Source: Klebsormidium nitens (taxonomy: Eukaryota > Plantae > Klebsormidiophyceae). Taken from it: DNA of 35,503 nt. Below the pieces are notes generated by a model. The model worked only from the letters and a program-made list of their open reading frames with translations. It made no database searches and was not told the origin of the DNA. The DNA is taken from the NCBI GenBank assembly GCA_000708835.1, contig DF237712.1, positions 1 through 35,503 of the forward strand, given 5' to 3'. Positions within the stretch are counted from its first letter, which is position 1; the number at the start of each line of letters is the position of its first letter. Of the stretch, positions 22,620 through 33,800 are shown in pieces. Made by a program: the position numbers and the translations under genes.

Positions 22620-23027
22620 TATTGAATTTAGCTAGGACTACTATTATGTGAGTACGCCCTAAGATCGTAGATGGTTTCACAATCGCTTCATTAAGTTTGA
22701 TAGAGTGGTAATAACCTCCCTCGCATTTACCCCACAGGCAATTACTCCATTGGCAATTACCCCACCGGCAGTTACCCCCACTAGTGATAGTTACCCCTTA
22801 GGCTATTGTGGACCGTCGGATAGGCATCTTTGTGGAATCTTGGGGGCTAGGCCGTTGATGACTGAGTTGACTCACATGGAGCTAAAATTGGACTCGACCA
22901 AGGCTAGAGTAGACCTAGCTACGGATTCATGACTCGGACCATTGCGGGGACCATTGACTGTATTGGTCACTCCTTCCTAGTAGTTGTGCTTGATTTGAAA
23001 GGCGCTCTAAGGCGCTTGCTTTCATTA
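22620..23027 (+). repeat. Solo LTR family E (copy 1)
   Basis: Perfect TSD CGAGT, homologous to 31172-31575, internal GGCAATTACCCC repeats. Confidence 0.93.
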
Positions 23028-23083
23028 CGAGTATAGTCTAGTTGGTAGCGCGCTTGGTTTAAGTACGGGACTCGTGACCTCAT

Positions 23084-23747
23084 TGTTGAATTCACACGCT
23101 CATATTTGGAGCCTACGAGGGATGCAACCACCCTCACACACAAGCGCCTTCACACAAGGAGCGTCCTAACTTCGAACAAGCATCTCTTCGTATGAATATC
23201 AATGACATGTCAATGGTTGAAGTCAAATCCAATCCAGTAGCTCGGTCTACTTCAACCTAGTCCAAGTCTACCATAACCCTTAGATACGTGGATAGTATAA
23301 TCGACGGCCTAGCCTCACTCACTGCAAACCAACTACCATCGAACGGTCCACACAAATCCGGTCCTAAACTCTTGCATCTACCTTTCCCAGCTCTGAATCT
23401 CCCAAGTTCTTCCAAATCCGTTTGGTCTTACTCTGCCAACTACTTGGGCTATTTGGTCTTAATCTGTCAAGCACACAATCCCTTTCATCTAAATCCATCA
23501 AGCACTCGACTTCTTTATCTTATTCTGCAAAGCACTCAGCTCCTCATATCTTAATCCATCAAGCACTCAATTCTTTTTATTCTAATCTGCTAAGCCCTTT
23601 ATCTCTTCTCTCTTAAATTGCCGAGTCATCAACTTCTTTCATCTTAATGTGTCACAGCTCTCACTTTTTCTAATCTTGAGCTCCAGTAATTATTCTTTTG
23701 TTTTTAATGTCCACAATTTTGGCCGTCAACCAGCCTTAGCCTCAACA
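23084..23747 (-). repeat. Solo LTR family G
   Basis: TGTTG...CAACA, flanks CTCAT and CACAT (4/5), homologous to 27495-28128, ~30-bp internal tandem units. Confidence 0.88.
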
Positions 23748-25439
23748 CACATCACGGTTCGTACTTACATTGACATCTCGTCTTGCAATGGATATTCATT
23801 TCTAATAGCAGTGCATTTGAATGGCGCTTTTTTTCTCCCAGCCGCCGCCGGCAATCTACTCAATGCCGTGCAAATTTTTGTCCGAGGTGGAAATTCAACA
23901 CGCGAGCAAAGCTTACTTTATAGAGCTGGTAACTTTCATCAAAATCGATTGTATCAGCATCATCATTCTCTTTTGCGGTGGTGGGGAAGATAATAGAACG
24001 CACAATTGCTCCTAGATTGCCAAGTGATGGGGCGCCACAAACTTGGGCTCTTTAAAAGCATCAGCTGCCATCAGACCTTCATCAGGCCCGATCAACGGCT
24101 GGCGATGGGCCGCATTAACTGTGGATCTCATTGCGAATTGTTAGTATCGGATGTTAAATATCATGGGCCGTACCACTGGGCTATCCTTGCGCATCGAAGA
24201 GCCGAGTGGTATACGGCCCATGATTTTTTACAAAAAGTGGAGCCGAGGGCATCTGTTTATGACCCGTCGGTAATTGCGCGCCCAATTGGTAGCGCGTTAA
24301 ACTTAACATCGGAAACTTTCGTACTTAATGCTGCTGACTAGAATGGTCAAGGCATGCATGTCTATTGTGCTCCCGAGCATGTGCCGAGAATCCGACAGGT
24401 AATCCATGAACGAGCTGGATGATGTTCTCTTTGGAAAAAGCATAGCACGCTTGCGCTTGACGGCGGTGGGCTCTTCTTGCGAAAACCAAACCGGAATCCG
24501 AAAAGTATCTGCATTGAGAACTAAAAAGGCGCATGGGTGCGACACTTGCCAAGCTGCATTTCTTCAGTGTGTTGATCAACTGGGTGAAAGCATTGGGGAC
24601 AATGAGCTTTGATCAAGGTTGAGGGCCGCAGGTCGCTAAAATTCGGGAGCTTGCAAATGCGACGAGCTACTTGCATTCTGGCGAGCTCAAGGGGACTCGG
24701 AGAATCAGCTGGACGACCTTGAAATCGACTCTGCCGGGGAATGGAAGGATGCAGACACCGATTCAGGCATCATTTGCAACGGGATCCCGCATCGTATGCG
24801 GCTTAAATTTATGCCCGCACTAACGAGGTAAAGCTGCCGCTTTGTGGCAAGACACACTGTGACGTCAAGGAACTATCACTAAGTGCTTGTACTCGTTTTC
24901 ATAGTACCCGACCTCACTCTCGAACAGGATCCTGCAACTGTACCTTGATATAACGGCCATGCTCCTAGAAAAATCGGCTTTCAATCGCCTCATTTGTAAG
25001 AAAAGCATGCCTCTCTCGAAATTTGCAAAGGAGCAAGGCGTAAAAAAGTCTGTCAATCTGTCAACGTTTAATTGATGCTCTTCAGTTAGGCAGAGTTCTC
25101 AAATAAGAGAGGAGGCAGACGGTTTTAAAAGGAAACCTCCACGTGCTTGATGAGTCACTTTGTGCAACGCACGAAGTAGAGAACGCTGCTGAGCTCGCCC
25201 AAGGGATCCAATACGCCGCTCTTGGCTTCCAAAACGCGCAGATTGCTGGCATGACCAATGACCGCAGGACCAATGCGAGATACGAACGGAACAAGGAGCT
25301 GATGTTGCAGGGATCAAAAGGTCGCATTCTTTGCGGTAGTGGAACATGTTCAATTCCAAAGCTCCAAAGGTGAGTTGTTGATTGGTTACACTTAAAGGGC
25401 ATGAACTTTGATATTTGCTAGCTCAGTGCTTTTGACGTT

Positions 25440-26800
25440 GCAAGCTGTAAGAACGTTCGCAAGATCGAACGGCGTCACAAATGACGACGTGTATGCACCC
25501 CAAGCCGCATGCTGCTTTCAGTGACAAGATCACTATGTCGGGTTGCTCCCTGCTCGGGTCTTTGAAGATTTAAACTTCGTGCAATACACCTTTGGAAAGC
25601 TCCTTGGTCTCTTTCACAAGTCGCTTTATCAGGTTCCCCCGGGCTCCATTCTTTATTGATTTGAGCGTGCCGCCCACCATTGAAGGGCTTATCAGATTGT
25701 ACTTCACTGTATCAACTTCGTAGATATTGCAGCCTGCAGGTGGCGAGTTTTGCGCCATAAGCCCCGTGCCATAATTTCTTCGACAATGCCACTTTCTCGT
25801 GTTCCTTAGGGCTCCATCCTTTTATTATTGGAACGTGCCGCCCACCATTTACAACATATTTGAATTCCTTTGAACTTGGCCAAGTCGACACTCTGTTCAA
25901 ACGCCACGTTAGCAGCTTTTGCGGACGTTACAGGTGACGGGCTCCGCGCCCAAGGCCCCGCGGCCGCTCTCTTTGACAGTGTCACTTTGTTCGGTTCCCC
26001 AACGCTCCGTCCTTTGGAGATTTGAACGTGCCGCCCACCTTTAGGAAGCTTATCGATTTCTTCTCAATATGGTCGTTTCAACTTTGTGTAAGCGTGACTT
26101 CAGCAGCTTTTGCGGACGTTACCACTGACGGGTTCCGCGCCCCAGGCCTCGCAGCCGCTCTCTACGGCAGTGCCATTGTCGGGGTTCCCAAAGCACCGTT
26201 CGTTGAAAATTTAAACGTGCCGCATACCATTTAAGAATTAATCGAGTTCTTCTTAGCTTGGTTGTTTCGAAACTCTGTTTGGTCGTGACATAAGCAGCTT
26301 CCATGGACTTTACACGTGACGGGTTGTACGCTCCAGGCCCCGCAGTTGCTCTCTTTGAGAGCGTCACTTTGTCGGGGTCCACCCTATAGAGGTTTTAACG
26401 TCGCGCCCACCATTAGAAAGCTGTTGAAATCTTGCTTCACCTTGCCAATTTACGATATCGTCGATGAGTGACGTAAGCAGCTTTCGCGGATGTTACAAGT
26501 GACGGATTCGATATCCGAGCTGCCCTACGGCTGCTCTCGTCAATATTGCCACTTTGCCGGCTTCCTCAGATCTCAATTCCCAGAATTCGAACGTGCCTCC
26601 CACCATCAAAAAGCTCCTCCATATGTACTTCACATAGAGTTTTTGAAAATCTGGTCAAAACGTGACGTTAGCAACTTTTATGGACGGTACAGATGACGGG
26701 TCCGAAGCCCCAGGCTGCTCGGCTGCATATTGTGAAAGGGCTTCTTTGATGCGCTTCCGGGGCTCCCATCTTTGATATTTGAAAACATATAATCCCGGTG
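25440..26800. repeat. Degenerate ~190-bp tandem array (about 7 units)
   Basis: GTGCCGCCCACC-like anchors at 25667, 25835, 26028, 26217, 26400 and 26593. GCAGCTTTTGCGGACGTTAC-like anchors recur at the same period. Confidence 0.85.
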
Positions 26801-26884
26801 ACAAGCTCTTTGAAATTCCAACTTAATCAAAGCCCGTTGCTATCAAACTTCACTGGCTTTCAACAAGTCCCGACAATTTTACAG

Positions 26885-27204
26885 GTGACATCTTACGCAC
26901 CTCAAAGCCAAGGAGTTGCAGCCCGACAGCAATCTCGTAATTGTCTCAATTCTTTTGATCCATGAAAGCAATCCTCCTGCATGCATGTCCAAATCCGAAC
27001 ATACGCTTCATCATATGTTTATCACTGGTTGTGCTGGCGTGGGAAAATCTTTCCTCATCAAACGTCTACACGAGTTCCAGGAGCGCGCGCACCCGGGCCC
27101 TGGCAGAGTTTGAAGATGGACGAGCTGTCGTGATTTGCGCTTCCACTGGAGGGGCCGCCTTCAACATCAGTGGCCAAACGAATCGGTCAGCCCTCAATAT
27201 ACTC
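26885..27204 (+). pseudogene. pif1: PIF1-family helicase N-terminal exon (motifs I and Ia), frameshifted
   Basis: HMFITGCAGVGKSFLIK, then VVICASTGGAAFNISGQTNRSALNI. Bounded by a TTTTACAG acceptor and a GTAAGT donor. Confidence 0.82.
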
Positions 27205-27494
27205 GTAAGTCTTCTTCAAATTTAACAAACACGACAAAACTCACCAAATAGTGTGTGACGCACCGATACTCGTTGCGATTGTTTAAAGTAGTCAACGCAG
27301 GTCGCATCTGAAAGTTGCCTCGAAAACTCACAATGTCTTAATGGCTTTTCTTTGAGTCCATAATCAATTCAAATTGAATGCCATGTCAGCTTTGCGTCTA
27401 TACCACCATCCTCTAATCCAACCGGAGACTTCCTTTCTCTCAAATTCTCAAAATTTATTGGTAGCACTGCCGACAGAAACGGCTCTCAACGCTC

Positions 27495-28128
27495 TGTTGA
27501 AATTAAGATAGATTGACGGCCAAATTGTTGAAATTAGAGCAAGGACAATTGGTACTTGTAAGAGGAAGATCAAAGAGATGGATGTCTTGACAGATTAAGA
27601 TGAAAGGATTGAGTGCTTGATATGTTAAGATAAAAAGCTAAATGCTTGGCAGATTAAGATAAAAGAAGTTGAGTGGTTGATCCAATAAGATGAAAGGGAT
27701 TGTGTGCTTGGCAGATGAAGACCAAATAGCGCAAGCAGCTGGCAAATCAAAATCAAATAGCCCAAGTAGTTGACCAATTAGAACCAAACAGATTTGGAAG
27801 AAGAAGAACTTGGGAGATTAAGAACCCGGAAAAGGTAGATGCAAGAGATGAAAACCGAATATATATGGACCGTTCGATGGTAGTTGGTTGGAGTGAGTGA
27901 AGCTAGGCCCTTGATTACCGTTCCACGCATCGAAGGGTTATGCATGGTAGACTTGGATCACGTTGAAGTAGACCTAGCCACGGGATTACACTTGATTTGA
28001 AACATTATCATGTGATTGAAGTCCTTTCGAAGAGATGCTTGATGAGAGTTAGGGCGCTTCTTTTGTGAAGGCGCTTGTATGTGATTGAATCCCTCGTAGG
28101 TTCCAAGCATGAACATATGATCTCAACA
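27495..28128 (+). repeat. 5' LTR family G
   Basis: TGTTG...CAACA, followed by a PBS and gag. Confidence 0.88.
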
Positions 28129-28142
28129 AGGTATGGGCCCAG
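28129..28142 (+). promoter_or_regulatory. Primer-binding site (half tRNA-iMet type)
   Basis: AGGTATGGGCCCAG directly after the LTR. Confidence 0.75.
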
Positions 28143-28435
28143 AACAACGCTTCCTAGGTGAAGGAGGATGATAAGGTTGTTGTGAGGTTGAGAGAAAGAG
28201 CTTTGAGTGAACCTTAAGTTGAGTTTCGCGCTAAAGGAAACTTTACCGCAAAGGAGATGGCGGGAATTGACAAGATTGTCCTCCCGCAACTTGGAGTGAG
28301 AATTGGTTGGTATGAAGGGCTAGTTTTGAACGCTTCTTGAGTACAAAGGGTTGTACATATTGCTATTGATCAATCGGAGTCGGTGGGAGGAGGGAAGCAT
28401 CGTCGCAGGCAAAGGCTTTGATCATCCTCCACACT

Positions 28436-28912
28436 CACACGGCGTGGTTACGCAACCACGCCAGATTTTAATGTATGGCGAAATCCGCGTGGTGGGCAAA
28501 TTTTGGACCCTGTAGACTCGGACTGGTCCAAAATGGCGATTTTTAGGGGTTTTAAGATATGACCTGAACTAGGCACTTCTGCATATAATTTGGAGCTGAA
28601 AATTGGTATTTAGCCTTATCACGAGCAGTCTAACATCCTCAAAAGTTTTCAATAAATTCACAGGAGGGGATCAGAATCCGTCGCGGTGAAGAATTTTGCT
28701 TATACAAATTTTAAGAGTGAATTTGACCGTGAGTTTCGATCCGCGGCGGACACTTTCACTGACTTGTTGAAAATTGAACTTTCAGCCATCGAAATTTGGG
28801 TGTTTACTCGGACCGTCGAGGGCTCCAAGACTCCGCGATTCGGAATATAACAGTCCATGAGGGAGCCTGGTTTCAAACGCCTTCGATCTGAAAATGGGGT
28901 GGTTGCGTTGTG
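28436..28912. mobile_element. Unclassified ~480-bp insertion with terminal hairpin and sub-terminal inverted repeat
   Basis: Interrupts gag between LHT and YVK. 9-bp stem hairpin at 28441-28462. ACGCAACCACGCC at 28450 versus GGGGTGGTTGCGT at 28896-28908. Boundaries approximate. Confidence 0.6.
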
Positions 28913-29533
28913 CAAAATTTCCTATGTAAAGTGGTTCATTGGGCCAAAGCTTGGAAGAAGCTTGAGGAGATTTTTGAGAAGACAAGCGACACAAGGATTA
29001 TCCAACTTACGAAGAAGTTCATAAGCTCGATATTGACTCGGGAGAAGAGCATTGCAAAGTACGTGAAAGAGTTCCGCAAACTTAAGGAGGATTCGGAGAC
29101 CGCGGGTCAACCGTTTCCGAAGTAGAGCTGGCCATCCATGCCTCGAATGGTGTGCCAAAGGAGTATGCAACCCTGGTTGAGATCGTGGAGCGAGGTGAGC
29201 AGGAGTTACCGTTGGACACAATTCAGCCTAAGCTCATGCAGAAGGAGCAATAGTTGAAGTTGGAAGGGGAGCTAAGAGCTCCGAAGGAGGAGGAGGAGGA
29301 GCGTATGAAGAAGGCGTCTGTTGCCAAGCGGAAACGGTATGAGACCCGTACCAAGGGGTCAATTGAGCGGGGAGGTTTCACATAAGGGTGAGGCGTGAAG
29401 GTGGTCCCAACGCGCTATGCTTGCGGCTCAGAAAAAGGCCACATCCGGGCCCATTGCCGGAAGCGGAACGCAACTTAATGCTTCAACTATGGGGAGAGGG
29501 GCCACATAAGCTCGGTGTGTAGGAAGCCCCCGG

Positions 29534-29928
29534 TGTTGGAATTTGAGGTTGGTTAGGCGCCGAAAATTGTTGAGTTTCGCCGTGGTTACTAGCTAGTTCA
29601 GCTAAGCTAGTTGAGACCGTACGATCTTGAGTTGTTACTCAGTGTGAGCCGTCGATCACGGAGCTTTTACACTGGAAATATGGTACGAATTCAGCCGTTG
29701 GATGAGCACTTTGTGGAGTGACGATCGAGTGACGACCGTTGATTATCGATGTTACACATTACAGGGCTGATTGTAGGCTCGACTAGTATGACTTATACGC
29801 TTGTATTGTGATGGTAACTCGTACGAAGAGATGCTTGTCGAAGAAGGGCGCCTCCTTTGTGAAGGCGCTTGCAAGGAAAAGGTGGTTAGACCCTACGTTA
29901 TTGCAAGCATGTGTGTATGATTTCATCA
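29534..29928 (+). repeat. Solo LTR family B
   Basis: Homologous to the reverse complement of 1045-1453; gag is collinear on both sides; TSD imperfect (CCCGG and CGGGG). Confidence 0.85.
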
Positions 29929-29965
29929 CGGGGTGGTGCAGAGAGCGGCAGTGAGAACTGCCCGG

Positions 29966-30368
29966 TGTCGAAAGCAAGCGCCGTTCAAGTCCACAACTAC
30001 TAGAATTGAGTGTGATTCTTTTGATACATGAGTCCAAGTCTTACAGCCTAGCTCAAGCATAGCTATCATCCTAGGTGTTTCAATCGACAAATCGACGGTC
30101 CCTATTCGAATCCATTCTCGTTTATTCCAACGATTTGTGTCCACGTTGCCTACAAGAGAGTATATAAGAAGGCTACACCGAAATACACATCACAAAAGAA
30201 CCCATGTACAATGGACTCAATCCTACGGCTTACGTTCCGCACATCCCATGGTATATATTCAATCATGCAAGCTCACAATCGTACGGCCGACCTTATGCAT
30301 CAAATCAACGATTCTATGGACGATATATTACAGCTTATTAGGGCGTACTCAAGGCTCCACATTCAAGA
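29966..30368 (-). repeat. Solo LTR family D
   Basis: Homologous to 30443-30820 and 34999-35320; flanks CCCGG and CACGG (4/5). Confidence 0.85.
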
Positions 30369-30841
30369 CACGGACCAGAAGGAGTTTGCGAGTGTGGCAT
30401 TTACGACGTGGTGCAAAAAGACGCGCGCCCGGCGGATGTGTGTATTAAAAGCAAGCGCCTTTCAAGTGCACAACTACTAGGAATGAGTGTGGTTCTTTGC
30501 TACATGAGTCCAAGCCTTATAACCTAGTTTAGGGCCTAGATACTACCCTAGGTGTTTCAATCGATAAATCGACGGTCCCTATTCGACGTTGCCTACGAAA
30601 GATCGAACTCATCGAACGGCTACACCGAAATACACACCACAAAAGAACCCATGATCATTGGACTCAATTCTACGGCTTACGATTCGCATATCTTCGTGGA
30701 TATTCAATCATGCAAGCTACAATCGTACGGCCGACCTTATGCATCAGACCTACGATTCTATGGACGATATATTATAGGATATTGGGGCGTTTTTAAGGTT
30801 AGTACCGCCCAAATCTCACACTCCCCCACGCACTAGGTATT

Positions 30842-33800
30842 CTATGCAACTCCTATCTCCTTCTTGCATTTCAAGAACTTTCCGGGTGCCAATGCCTTGG
30901 TGAAGATGTCCGCCTTCATGTCCTCCGTTTTGCAATATGCGAACTGGACCTCCTTTCGCGCCCCCGCTCCCGCGCAAAGTGATGAATCACGTCGATGTGC
31001 TTCGATCGCTGCGAAGCGATCGGATGCTTGAGGAGCCGTATTGCCCCTTGGTTGTCGCAATGAATTAGAACCGTTTTGAGGTCCAACCCAAGTCTCCCCC
31101 GAGATTCCAATGAGCTCGCTATAGGGGGAATCTCGCCGTGTCGAGCGGCTCACCCTCTCTCGTCAACTTCTTGTTGAATTTAGGTAGTACTACTATTGTG
31201 TGAGTGCGCCCTAAGATCCTAGATGATTTCGTAGCCGTTTCATTGAGGATGATAGAGTGGTAATAACCCCCTGGCAATTACCCCACTGGCAATTACCCCC
31301 TGGCATTTACCCCCACTGGCAGGTACCCACTGGCAGTTGCCCCCATTAGTGGTAGTTACCCCCTAGGCCAGTGTGGACCGTTAGATTAGCATCTTTGTGG
31401 AATCTTGGAGGCTAGGACGTTGATGTTTGAGTTGACTCACATAGAGATAGAGTTGAACTCGACCAGGTAGACCTAGCCACGGATTTATGACTTGGACCAT
31501 TGACTTGTATTGGTCACTCATTCCTAGTAGTTGTGCTTTGACTTGAAACGCGCTCCAAAGCGCTTGCTTTCAACACTTCTCCCCCGCGCCGAGGAGGACC
31601 GAGCGCGCCCGTGCGCCCGCCAATCCGTGCCACCCAAAAAGCTCCCCCGCAAGCTTCTTTTGCGTGAGCTTCAAAGTGCGCGCCTCCCGGTCGCGCGCCA
31701 CTTCCATCCCAAGGAAGTAGGTCGCCTCCCCCAAGTCGCGCACGTTGAACTTTTCCGCCAAGTGCGCCTTCACCTTTGCAATCCGCTCCGCCCCCCGGGC
31801 CGCGACGAGAATGTCGTCCACCCACACAATGAGGTAAGCCCGCTCCCCGTCCACCACTCCCAAAAAGAGCGCCGTGTCAGTTAAGGACGCCACGATCTCA
31901 AAGTTCCCGAGCTCCTCCTTCAAGCGCGTGTGCCTTGCACGCGGCGCTTGGCGCAATCCGTACAAGGTGCGCTTGAGGTGGCAAACCACGTTGAGCCCGC
32001 CTTGCTCGTACCCTTGCGGTTGTTGCATGTAGATCTCCTCCTCGAGCTCCCCGTTGAGAAACGCAATCTTGACGTCCATTTGGTGAAGCTCCAAGTCGCG
32101 CTCCGCGACTACCGCTAGGAGCGTTCACGACGTGCTGTGCTTGCTCACGGGGCCATAGACCTCCTCAAAGTCTATCCCTTGCTTTTGCAAGTACCCCTTC
32201 GCCACAAGTCGCGGCTTGTACCGCTCCACGTTCCCAAGCGCATTTCGCTCAATCGTGTAAACCCACTTCATGGGAACCGGCTTCACCCCTTCCGGTTTTC
32301 CGACAAGCTCCCACGTCCCCTTCTCCAACAAGGACCGCATCTCCTCGTCCATGGAGTTCCGCCAAAGCTCGCTCTCTTCTTCCCCGACGGCTTCTTGATA
32401 CGTTTGCGGCTCCGGATGCTCCCCGACCCGTTGAGATGCTCCCCCGTTTCCGCCGCTAGACTCGCTCGGTACCACTCGCGGGCACCCGCGTGCAAGGTAT
32501 CTTCTTGCCGTCTGCTCTTGAGCGCCGTCTTCCTCAACGGGATCCTCGCTCACGGTGTCGGCCTCTTCCGTCGGAGTAGCCCCTACACCGGGCTGAGTGT
32601 CGGCACCGATCCGAGTCGGGGTGCTCACACGACTAGGGTGACCGCGAGCACCCCCCTCCTCCTTCCCCGGATCGGAGCCAAGCTCAACGATCACGGAGGG
32701 CCCGCGCTCATCCACGATGACATCGCGGGAAGTCAAAATCCTACCGTCCCGCTCTCGGAGAACCCGGAAGGACTTGGAGTTGAGCTTGTACCCCAAGAAC
32801 ACCCCTCGCTCGCTCACCGGCTCCAACTTTTTCCGGTTGCCCTTAGGCACGTGGATGTAGGCACGCGCCCCAAACACCCGCAAGTGGCTAAGGTTTGACT
32901 TCCCCTATAAAACATCTCCCAGGGCGTCGTGCCGTGCACGCTCGAAGGAACCCGATTCCGGGTGTATTTGGCCGTGACCATCGCTCCCGCCCACAACTCC
33001 GGCCTCAACCCGGCGTCCTTTAACAAAGCCCGCGCTCCTTCCTCGAGCGTCCGGTTCAACTGCTCCGCCGAACCGTTTTGTTCGGGAGAGTGCCCCGCCG
33101 TGGTGCGGTGCACCGTCCCTCTCTTCTCTGGCCGTCATTCCCTCGTTGACGTACTCCCCGCCCCGGTCCGTTTGCACCCCCTTGACCTTCTTCCCGGATT
33201 GCAACTCCAAGCGGGCAAACACGCTCTCCGCCGTGACGTCGCTCTTCCCCTTCATCGGTTGCACCACCAAAAGCTTGCTAGTCGTGAAGGAAAGAGGCCA
33301 AGTACCTACTCCCCCCCTTTGACGTCACCGGCATAGGCCCGCACACGTCCATGTGCACGAGCTCTAGGGGTTCTCTGCTATCCTTGGAGTCCGACTCCTT
33401 AGGGAAGGGCTCACGGGTTTGCTTTCCGATGATGCAAGGCTCACACACCGAGGTTCTTCTGCTCCAGAATGCCTTCGCTTTGACTCCTACACCTCCGGAC
33501 CGCGTCTCCCTCAACCATCTTGGCTAGGCTTTCGTACCCGGCGTGCCCCAACACCGGGCTTTCAACTTCCCTCACGAGCAAGCAAGTATCTTCCTACGTT
33601 GTCTTCGGTTGACAAACAACGGGCATTGCCCTCCGCATTCTCCTCCGCCCGAAACACAACCTCTCCATCCATGGAAACCTCGCACACTTTTCCACGGAAC
33701 ACAACCTCGGCTCCTACCGAGGTGGCTTTCTTGACGGAAAAGAGGTTCTCCGCCACACCGGGAACATAGGCAACCTCACGGAAAAGGTTGACTTGCTCAC

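Larger units (their letters stand above)
28250..30442 (+). pseudogene. gag: Copia gag remnant (close to the element B gag), broken by three inserts and truncated just before the protease
   Basis: AKALIILHT, AWKKLEEIFEKTSDTRIIQL, LDTIQPKLMQKE, CYACGSEKGHIRAHC, GERGHISSVCRKP, FASVAFTTW. Confidence 0.85.

Noticed and set aside
22612-23082. tRNA-like sequence (CGCGAGTATAGTCTAGTTGGTAGCGCGCTTGGTTT, joined across solo LTR E) resembling a tRNA-Pro 5' half or a SINE head
   Set aside because: No pairing anticodon stem, no T-arm/B-box and no acceptor stem. The segment matches LTR 3'-end sequence instead.
25440-26800. CRISPR-like array
   Set aside because: Whole units are homologous and degenerate; there is no constant repeat/unique spacer structure and no cas genes, in a eukaryotic TE context.
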